Origin: an uncultured Acidimicrobiia bacterium | GTDB lineage: Bacteria > Actinomycetota > Acidimicrobiia > Spongiisociales > UBA5794 | Direction of reading: 5' to 3' | DNA: 64,000 bases | Assembly: GCA_963812375.1 (NCBI GenBank) | Contig: CAWEUW010000007.1 | Span: 225,856 to 289,855 of the forward strand | In this document: positions 21,270-28,632 of the stretch, piece by piece | Layout: every line of letters starts with the position of its first letter | Numbering within the stretch: position 1 is the first letter of the stretch | Position numbers and translations under genes: made by a program | Notes under the pieces: generated by a model | Seen by the model: only the letters and a program-made list of their open reading frames with translations | What the model was told of the DNA's origin: nothing | The model's database searches: none

Positions 21270-22652
21270 TCAACCTCCGGGAGGGATGTTGGCGTTGAGC
21301 CGGAAGAGGTTGCCCGGGTCGTACTTCTGCTTCACCTCGACCAACCGGTCCCAGGTCGAGTTGGGGTAGGCCGCCCGGACCCGTTCCTCGCCCTCGTCCT
21401 CGAGGAACCCGATGTAGGCGCCGGCGACCTGATCGCCCCGCAGCGTGGCGGCGAGATCGGTCACCCACGGCACGTGCTCGACCTGCCGCCCCGGCTCGAA
21501 GTCGATGGCCACCACGTTCACCATGAGCTTCCGCTGCCGGTGGGCGAATGCGGTGGCGTCGACCGGCACCCGGGCGATGGCACCGCCGAGCACCCGGACC
21601 TGGACGACCGCCATCGCCGAGGTGGCGTCCGGCAGCCGGTCGATGACGGCCGCCACCGCGTCGTCTTCCAACCGGTCGAGGAACTGGGTGCGGACCACGT
21701 TGGCCGGACGGAAACCTTCGGGCACCGGCTCGACGATCTCCGGATAGCTCATCGGCTTCAGCATGTCGGCGAGGGGTGAAGCCAGCGCCCGGAACGGGGC
21801 GAGGGCGGCTTCACCGGCACCCGGTTGCCCGGAGTGGAACAGGAACGCCAGGACCACGGGCTTCCCGTGGAGTTCCTCTGGCAGGAACGGCATCGGCGGC
21901 GCGGTCATCACGTTGAGGATGGTTGACAACTCCTCGGGGGCGTCGGCGGCGGCGGCGATGAACCCGGAGACGACCTCGGCGGTGGCGGGCAGCACCAGCA
22001 TCCCGCCGGTGCACGTCTCCAGGTCGTGGAGCTTGTAGCGGAAGCGGGTGGCGACCCCGAAGTTGCCGCCGCCTCCCCGGATCGCCCAGAACAGGTCGGG
22101 CTCGGTCTCGGCGTCGGTGCGGACCAGCGCCCCGTCGGCGGTGACGACCTCGGCGGCGAGCAACGAGTCGATCGTCAAGCCGTGCTTGCGAACCAGGAAC
22201 CCGATGCCGCCGGCCGTCGTCAGCCCGCCGGTGCCGACGTCGGCGGTGTCGCCGAACCCGGTGCCCAGGCCGTGCTCGGCCGCCGCCGCCGTGTAAGCGC
22301 CGGCGGTGAGGCCGGTCTGCGCCCACGCGGTCCGGCCGGCGACGTCGATGTCGAGGCCCGTCAGGTCGGCCAGGTCGAGGACGATCCCGCCGTCGGTCGT
22401 CCCATGCCCGGCCGCGCTGTGGCCGCCGCTGCGCACCGCGAGCTCCATCCCGGTGTCGGCGGCGAAGCCGACCACCCGGCGCACATCGTCGTCGCCGGCC
22501 ACCCGCACGACCGCGGCCGGCCGCCGATCGTGGTTGGACAGGAAGACGCGCCTGGCTTCGTCGTAGCCGGTGTCGGGGGGCAGGATCATCGACCCGGTGA
22601 GGTCGGAGCCCAGCCGGTCGAGCGCGGGCACATCGGGGGGCGTGGTCATGGT
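21270..22652 (-). CDS. FAD-binding oxidoreductase (PCMH-type / BBE-like FAD-linked oxidase)
   Basis: GAGGAGGAAACACC + ATG 22652. MTTPPDVPALDRL...AAVVRVAGDDDVRRVVGFAADTGMELAVRSGGHSAAGHG...FWAIRGGGGNFGVATRF...KYDPGNLFRLNANIPP*. Intact. Confidence 0.75.
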   Translation of the reverse strand, partial: TMTTPPDVPALDRLGSDLTGSMILPPDTGYDEARRVFLSNHDRRPAAVVRVAGDDDVRRVVGFAADTGMELAVRSGGHSAAGHGTTDGGIVLDLADLTGLDIDVAGRTAWAQTGLTAGAYTAAAAEHGLGTGFGDTADVGTGGLTTAGGIGFLVRKHGLTIDSLLAAEVVTADGALVRTDAETEPDLFWAIRGGGGNFGVATRFRYKLHDLETCTGGMLVLPATAEVVSGFIAAAADAPEELSTILNVMTAPPMPFLPEELHGKPVVLAFLFHSGQPGAGEAALAPFRALASPLADMLKPMSYPEIVEPVPEGFRPANVVRTQFLDRLEDDAVAAVIDRLPDATSAMAVVQVRVLGGAIARVPVDATAFAHRQRKLMVNVVAIDFEPGRQVEHVPWVTDLAATLRGDQVAGAYIGFLEDEGEERVRAAYPNSTWDRLVEVKQKYDPGNLFRLNANIPPGG

Positions 22653-22829
22653 GTTTCCTCCTCTGCTCCGGCGATGCATCGCGCGGTGGCACCGCCGCCT
22701 GGGATGAGCGAACCCGGAATCTACCCCGCTGATCTCAGCGAGATGACGGCCGGGGAGGGCGGGTCGTCGATCCAACCGGGGAAGGCGAGGACGATCTCCG
22801 GCACGTCGCGGTGCGTTGACGATCAACCG

Positions 22830-23675
22830 TCAGGCGTTCGAAGGGGGAGGCTCCTCGAAGGCGGCGGTCCGGTCGGCGGGCGCCAACGCCCCGGCGGTGT
22901 ATGTGGACGTCCCGGAGGTCAGCAGTTCACGGGCGGCGGCGGCGAGGGCTCCGTAGGCGGCGAAGGCCAGCGACCCGCCGGTCGACACCCTCCGCACCCC
23001 GACAGCGGCGAGATCGGGAACGGCCGGCCCGTGGCGGAGCAGCAGCACGTTGACCGGGGCATCCACTGCGCCGACCAGACGGGAGATGTCGTCTAAGTCG
23101 ACCAGCCCCGGGGCATAGACGACGTCGGCCCCGGCCGCCCGAAAGGCGCCCAGCCGGGCGATGGTGTCGGCGAGGTCGTCCACGCCGTAGAGGTGGTTCT
23201 CGGCGCGGGCGGTGAGCACCACCGAATGCCGGGTGGCTGCCTCGACGGCAGCGGCGACCCGTTCCACGGCGACCTCGAGCGGGAACAACCCGGAGCCGGG
23301 GTGGTAGTCCTCGATGGAGACACCGGCGACTCCGGTCTCCCCCAGCAGATCGACCGCTTCGGCGACCCCTTCCGGGGTGTCGGCGTAGCCATGCTCGGCG
23401 TCGACGCTGACCGGGATGGCCACGGCGTCGGCCAATGCCGCCGCATGGGCGAGCAGCTCGGCGAGGGTGAGCCGCTGGTCCATCCGGCCGAGCGTGGCGG
23501 CGAACCCCGAGCTGGTGGTGGCGACCGCCTCGAACCCGAGCGATTCGAGGATCCGAGCCGATCCCACGTCCCAGGCGTTGGGCATCACCAGGATTCCGTC
23601 CCGGTGGAGCCGGGCGAACGTCGCTCGCAGCTCTGCTGCGCGCCCGGCTGCGGCGGTCACGAACGTTCCGCCCAT
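22830..23675 (-). CDS. isocitrate lyase / PEP mutase family enzyme (2-methylisocitrate lyase- or carboxyvinyl-carboxyphosphonate phosphorylmutase-like)
   Basis: ILVMPNAWDVGSARILESLGFEAVATTSSGFAATLGRMDQRLTLAELLAHAAALADAVAIPVSVDAEHGYADTP...GVAGVSIEDY... intact 281 aa. Confidence 0.75.
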   Translation of the reverse strand: MGGTFVTAAAGRAAELRATFARLHRDGILVMPNAWDVGSARILESLGFEAVATTSSGFAATLGRMDQRLTLAELLAHAAALADAVAIPVSVDAEHGYADTPEGVAEAVDLLGETGVAGVSIEDYHPGSGLFPLEVAVERVAAAVEAATRHSVVLTARAENHLYGVDDLADTIARLGAFRAAGADVVYAPGLVDLDDISRLVGAVDAPVNVLLLRHGPAVPDLAAVGVRRVSTGGSLAFAAYGALAAAARELLTSGTSTYTAGALAPADRTAAFEEPPPSNA

Positions 23676-23846
23676 CGGTCCGGCCCTGCGATCTCGACGT
23701 CGTCCACTTCGCTCCTGGTTGGTTCGGCGTCAAGCTAGGCCGCCGGACGAATGCTCGGTGCCGTTGGGTCGAGACGGCCGGCTCGGCGGAAGGGCGACCG
23801 CGGTCGGATCCCGATACGCTTCCGCCCGCTCACCAGGGAGGGCGCC

Positions 23847-24934
23847 ATGACGGACGCACCGGCGGAGGCACCAACTCAGACGCGCCGTCGATCCGCGGTG
23901 TCACGCTCACGGTGGCGGTCGTCGCCCTCGCCGGATCGGCGGTGCTCAGCCTGCTGGCGGCGACCCTGGTGACCACCGTCGACAACAACGTGCTGGACAC
24001 CGAACAGTTCGTCGAGTTGGTGGGACCGCTCGTCGAGGACCCGGCGGTGCGGGGGACGCTATCGGACCGCCTCACCGAGCAGACGCTCGACGCCCTGGCG
24101 CTCGAGGAGCGGATCCCTGCCCGGCTCGCCGAGATCGGCCCCAGGCTCGTGCTGCTCGCCCCGCCAATCGTGGCCGCCACCCAAGGGTTCGTGGAGCATG
24201 CGGTCGACACCGCCATCGACAGCGACGAATTCGCCACGCTGTGGAACGAGGCGTTGCGACTCGGCCACAGCCGGGCCATCGCCCTGCTCGAGGAGGACGA
24301 GGCCAGCCTGGGGAACCTCGGAATCGACGATGGTGGGGTCACCCTGGACCTGCTCGGCGTCGTCACCATCGTGATCCGCCGGGTCGTCACCGGGATCGGC
24401 GAGCTGATCGGGGCGAACCTCGAGCTGCCCGAAGCCGTGTCGAACGAGGACCGCCGCCAAGCAATCGACCAGCTGGCGACAGTCTTCGGGGTGACCCTCC
24501 CGACCGACTACGGGCTGGTGACGGTGATGAGCTCCGACGATCTCGACATGGCGCAGCGGTTCTACCGGTTCGTCCAGCGACTGGGCCCGGCCCTCATCGT
24601 GGCGGCCTTGCTCACCGGGGCCGGCGCCATCGTGCTCGCCGCCAACCGTCGCCGGACCATCGCGTGGATCGGGCTGAGCGTCGCCGTGCTGGCGGTTGCG
24701 ACCCGTTTCGCGCTCTCGATCGGTGTCGACCGGGTCGCCGAGAACGAACCGGACCCCCAGGCCCGGGAAGCGGCGCGGACCGTCGTCGACGCCCTCTTCG
24801 ACCCGTTCAGCGCCGCCCTGTGGTGGCTGGCGGCGGTCGGCCTGGTCGCCGCTCTCGTCGCCTACCTCTTCGGGCGGGCGTCGTGGCAGCGGACGAGGTC
24901 GGGCCGGGTCACCACCGTCTCCGACTCGGTGTGA
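23847..24934 (+). CDS. hypothetical integral membrane protein; probable frameshift ~23890 at N-terminus
   Basis: GGGAGGG SD + ATG 23847 MTDAPAEAPTQTRRR joins (+1 frame) IRGVTLTVAVVALAGSAVLSLLAATLVTTVDNNVLDTEQF...; hydrophobic segments at both ends; no recognisable domain. Confidence 0.45.
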
Positions 24935-24952
24935 CCCGCCGTCCCGGCCCGG

Positions 24953-26182
24953 TCACCGGTCGGGGATCGCCGCGTCGACGAACCAGGTGTCGACGACACC
25001 CTTTCCCTTCACCTCGATCTTCCCCCTCGGGATGCACGTGAAGGCGTCGGCGATCAGCCGGTAGGTCGGCTCCGACACCTGGATCCGCCCGGGTTCGCCG
25101 TGCGACTCCATGCGGCTCGCCGTGTTCACCGTGTCGCCCCACACGTCGTACTGGTACTTGCTCCGACCGATCACCCCGGCCACGACCGGACCGGAGCTGA
25201 TCCCGACCCGGAACGCCAGCCCACGGTCCCGGCAGTAGTCCAGGATCTCCAGGCCCATCGCCGCCAGGACCTCGGCATGGTCCGCTCGCGGGACGGGGAC
25301 ACCGGAGGCGACCATGTAGGCGTCGCCGATGGTGCGGATCTTCTCACAGCCGTACTTCTCGGTGAGCTCGTCGAAGTAGCTGAACACCTCGTCGAGCTCG
25401 GCGACCACCTGGTCGGCGGGGATCCGCTCGGAGCGAGCGGTGAACCCGACGGCATCGGCGAACAGCACGCTGATCGACTCGAACCTCCTCGCCTCGGCAC
25501 GCCCGGTCTCCTTCAGTTCGGCGGCCACCTCCTCGGGGAGCAGGTTGAGCAGGAGGCGTTCGTTGCGGTCCCGTTCGAAGGAGAGGCGGCCGAGCAGGTA
25601 CCACACCACCGGGGTGAGCACGAGGATGTTGCCGACCATCACCGCGACGAACATCGTGGAGGTCACCATCTGCTGGGGAGCCGCCCGGCTGGCCGCCAGC
25701 GTCGGCTCCAGGAGCCCCATCGTCACCGCCAGCACGATGTAGACGACGACCACACTCACCGTGAGTCTTCGACCCCACGGCAGCGCGATGAGGACGGTCC
25801 CGGCGATACCCCACATCATCACCGCCCCCGAGTTGGCGAAGCCGCCCAGCGTGATGTGGACGAGGACCTGGTTGGCCATGCTGACGACGAGGCCGATGAC
25901 GCTGGCGGTGAAGACGCTGCCGGTGACGGCGTACCAGGTCCAGGCGACGGCCAGGCCGATCACCAGCAGGACGGTGTCCCACGCGGCGGCGGTCTCACCG
26001 GCGGCGAACAGCCACCCGGCGGTCCCCATCGAGAACATGAACGCCAGCAACAGCGAAAGCGTGAACACGCGTGCCACGGTCATCCGGTTCTCGAACGCGG
26101 TCAGGTACCCGGCCGGCTTCGTGCGGGCGGCGAGGCGATCCCAGAATCCGGCCATCGCGGGATAGGTCGCCACGGCCCGCAA
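24953..26182 (-). CDS. membrane-anchored class III adenylate cyclase (6 TM + CHD catalytic domain)
   Basis: N-terminal hydrophobic helices, then ...SISVLFADAVGFTARSE...IRTIGDAYMVASGVP...YDVWGDTVNTASRMESHGEPGRIQVSE.... Intact 409 aa. Confidence 0.8.
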   Translation of the reverse strand: MRAVATYPAMAGFWDRLAARTKPAGYLTAFENRMTVARVFTLSLLLAFMFSMGTAGWLFAAGETAAAWDTVLLVIGLAVAWTWYAVTGSVFTASVIGLVVSMANQVLVHITLGGFANSGAVMMWGIAGTVLIALPWGRRLTVSVVVVYIVLAVTMGLLEPTLAASRAAPQQMVTSTMFVAVMVGNILVLTPVVWYLLGRLSFERDRNERLLLNLLPEEVAAELKETGRAEARRFESISVLFADAVGFTARSERIPADQVVAELDEVFSYFDELTEKYGCEKIRTIGDAYMVASGVPVPRADHAEVLAAMGLEILDYCRDRGLAFRVGISSGPVVAGVIGRSKYQYDVWGDTVNTASRMESHGEPGRIQVSEPTYRLIADAFTCIPRGKIEVKGKGVVDTWFVDAAIPDR

Positions 26183-26245
26183 GCTAGACGCCCGGCCGGA
26201 CCGTCGCCGGTACCCTCAGGGGCCCGGCGGGCGGACGAGGAGCGC

Positions 26246-27232
26246 ATGCGTTACAGGACCATCGAGCGAGCCGGCCTCACCGTGTCGACGGTCGGGTTCG
26301 GCGCCTGGGCCATCGGCGGGAGCTGGGGCACGGTCAGCGACGACGAGTCGATGGCGGCGCTGCACGCCGCCGTCGATACCGGGGTGACCTTCATCGACAC
26401 CGCCGACGTGTATGGCGATGGTCGCAGCGAACGGCTGGTCGCCCGGCTCCGTGGCGAGCGACCGGATGCCGACCTGGTGGTCGCCACCAAGGCGGGACGA
26501 CGGCTCGACCCTCACGTCGCCGGCGGCTACACCGCCGGCAACCTGACGGCCTTCGTCGATCGCAGCCTGGCCAACCTCGCCACCGAGCGCATCGACCTCC
26601 TCCAGCTGCACGGGCCGCCTACCGACGTGTACTACCGGCCCGAGGTGTTCGCCGCCCTCGACGACCTGGTGGCGGCAGGAAAGCTCAGGTCGTACGGGGT
26701 GAGCGTCGAACGGGTCGAGGAGGCCGAGAAGGCGATCCTGTATCCGGGTGTGGCCAGCGTCCAGATCATCTTCAACATCTTCCGCACCCGACCCGCCGAC
26801 CGGTTCCTCGCCGACGCCGCCGCCAAGGGAGTCGGGGTGATCGCCAGGGTGCCGCTCGCCAGCGGGCTGCTCAGCGGCCGGATGACCGCCGCCACCACCT
26901 TCGAAGCCGACGATCACCGGTCGTTCAACCGGCACGGGGAGTCGTTCGACATCGGGGAGACCTTCTCAGGCGTGCCCTACGAGGACGGGCTCGCCGCGGT
27001 CGATGAGATCCGCCCGCTGGTCCCCGAGGGCTGGACCATGGCACAGCTGGCGCTGCGCTGGATCCTGATGCACGAAGGCGTCTCGACGGTGATCCCGGGG
27101 GCCAAGACCCCCGAGCAGGCGATCGCCAACGCCGCCGCCGCCGATCTCGACCCGATCCCGGAGGCGACCATGGCGGCCCTGGCCGATCTATACGCCGCCC
27201 GAATCGCCCCCCACGTCCACCAACGGTGGTGA
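26246..27232 (+). CDS. aldo/keto reductase
   Basis: gaggag SD + ATG. MRYRTIERAGLTVSTVGFGAWAIGGSWG...FIDTADVYGDGRSERLV...IPGAKTPEQAIANAAAADL... intact. Its upstream part in the six-frame track (25100..26245) is antisense to the cyclase. Confidence 0.85.
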   Translation: MRYRTIERAGLTVSTVGFGAWAIGGSWGTVSDDESMAALHAAVDTGVTFIDTADVYGDGRSERLVARLRGERPDADLVVATKAGRRLDPHVAGGYTAGNLTAFVDRSLANLATERIDLLQLHGPPTDVYYRPEVFAALDDLVAAGKLRSYGVSVERVEEAEKAILYPGVASVQIIFNIFRTRPADRFLADAAAKGVGVIARVPLASGLLSGRMTAATTFEADDHRSFNRHGESFDIGETFSGVPYEDGLAAVDEIRPLVPEGWTMAQLALRWILMHEGVSTVIPGAKTPEQAIANAAAADLDPIPEATMAALADLYAARIAPHVHQRW

Positions 27233-27309
27233 GCCGGGAGGCCGTCTCCTCTCACCCGCCGCTCAACCTGCCAGGAAGCTGAGCCTACCTGGCGGTCCGG
27301 GTTGTCGGC

Positions 27310-27680
27310 GTTGGTGTCGACCAGCACGATCGACTGCCAGACGCCCAGCGCCGGCGCCCCGTCGAGGACGGGCACGCACAGGGTCGGGGCGAGAAAGGCG
27401 GGGACCACGTGGTCGGCACCGTGGCCCGGCGCCCCATGGCGATGGCGGTACAGCTGGTCGTCATGGGGCAGCAGGTGCTCGAGCCGGTCGAGCAGGTCGT
27501 GGTCGCTGCCGGCACCGGTCTCGATGATGGCCAGCCCGGCGGTGGCGTGCGGGACGAACACGTTGAGGAGCCCGTCGCCACGGCCGCGCAGGTAGGCCCG
27601 AACCTCCGAGGTGAGGTCGTGGACGCCCGGGCGACGTCCGGTGACGACCGTGATGACGATGGTGTCGATTGCCGGCCTCC
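27310..27680 (-). CDS. YjbQ/UPF0047 family protein (secondary thiamine-phosphate synthase-like); start and stop unclear
   Basis: AGGAGG then ...AIDTIVITVVTGRRPGVHDLTSEVRAYLRGRGDGLLNVFVPHATAGLAIIETGAGSDHDLLDRLEHLLPHDDQLYRHRHGAPGHGADHVVPAFLAPTLCVPVLDGAPALGVWQSIVLVDTNADNPDRQ. No canonical start codon in frame after the SD. The frame runs on for 100 extra codons into the AKR 3' end, so the C-terminus is probably frameshifted. Confidence 0.5.
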
Positions 27681-27772
27681 TCGGCTTCGGTGCGAACGAC
27701 CTGAAGATAGGTCCGCGACCCGGTCCCGGGCTGGCGCCGCTGGTACGGTTCGACGGATGAGGAGGTGACAGC

Positions 27773-27955
27773 ATGGCACAGGCACCGTTTACCGGTTCGG
27801 GCACCGCCGACGACCCGTGGGTCCTGAAGACACCCAGCCTCGGGTCCGAGATCCTGATGCACCGGGACGAGCTCCACGACCCGCCCATCCTCGTCTGCAC
27901 CGTGGGAAGCACCGTCCTGCACTACGACCTCAGGATCATCGACGACCTCCACTGA
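27773..27955 (+). CDS. small hypothetical protein (upstream part of a two-ORF unit separated only by an in-frame TGA)
   Basis: MAQAPFTGSGTADDPWVLKTPSLGSEILMHRDELHDPPILVCTVGSTVLHYDLRIIDDLH*. The stop TGA 27953-55 is immediately followed in the same frame by ATG 27956. Confidence 0.4.
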   Translation: MAQAPFTGSGTADDPWVLKTPSLGSEILMHRDELHDPPILVCTVGSTVLHYDLRIIDDLH

Positions 27956-28192
27956 ATGTTGCAGGAGCGGGGCGACTGGGTGCCGCTGGGCAACGCCGAC
28001 GAGCAGAAGCCGGCGGCCGAGGGGACGGTGGAAGCGTGGGCGAGGTCACCGGACAACCCGGTCGGAGGCTGGTACGGCCTGAAGAAGGGGCTCCGGGGCC
28101 GGGTGGGGAACTACGTGCCGCCGGTCCTCGAGGCGCTCGGGCTGGCCGAGGTGGAGCACAACGCCCGGGGTAACCGGATGCGGGCGATCTGA
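27956..28192 (+). CDS. small hypothetical protein (downstream part)
   Basis: MLQERGDWVPLGNADEQKPAAEGTVEAWARSPDNPVGGWYGLKKGLRGRVGNYVPPVLEALGLAEVEHNARGNRMRAI*. Confidence 0.45.
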   Translation: MLQERGDWVPLGNADEQKPAAEGTVEAWARSPDNPVGGWYGLKKGLRGRVGNYVPPVLEALGLAEVEHNARGNRMRAI

Positions 28193-28232
28193 CCGACTGT
28201 CCTGCTCCCGCGCTCTGATCGAGCTCGCTTGG

Positions 28233-28607
28233 TCACCGATCGGGGCCGGGCTCCCAGAGCTCGAGCCGGTTCCCGTCGAGGTCCCAGCACCAGCCGAAGC
28301 GACCGTTCTCGTCCTCGAGCACCTCGTCGTCCACGCGTACCCCGCCCGAGCGCAGCCGGGAGATCACGGCATCGAGGTTGTCGACCCGGTAGTTGACCAT
28401 CCACTGCTGGCGGTCCGAGCCGAAGTAGTCGGTATCGGCAGGGAAGGGCGCCCACACCGTCGATCCCCGCACGTCCCCTCCCCACGTCATGACGACGTAG
28501 CCGTCGGTGGCCGAGTCGAGCCCGAGGTGCTCGACGTACCACGCCTGGAGCGCCGCAGGGTCCGGCGACCGGAAGAAGACGCCGCCGATGCCGGTCACGC
28601 CTGCCAT
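28233..28607 (-). CDS. VOC (glyoxalase/bleomycin-resistance) family protein
   Basis: GGAGGGAGGA SD + ATG 28607. MAGVTGIGGVFFRSPDPAALQAWYVEHLGL...RLELWEPGPD*. Confidence 0.7.
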   Translation of the reverse strand: MAGVTGIGGVFFRSPDPAALQAWYVEHLGLDSATDGYVVMTWGGDVRGSTVWAPFPADTDYFGSDRQQWMVNYRVDNLDAVISRLRSGGVRVDDEVLEDENGRFGWCWDLDGNRLELWEPGPDR

Positions 28608-28632
28608 CTCGTCCTCCCTCCAGTATCGACGG

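Noticed and set aside
25100-26245. N-terminal 380 codons of the 710-aa + ORF
   Set aside because: Antisense to the membrane adenylate cyclase. Only the AKR portion from ATG 26246 is real.
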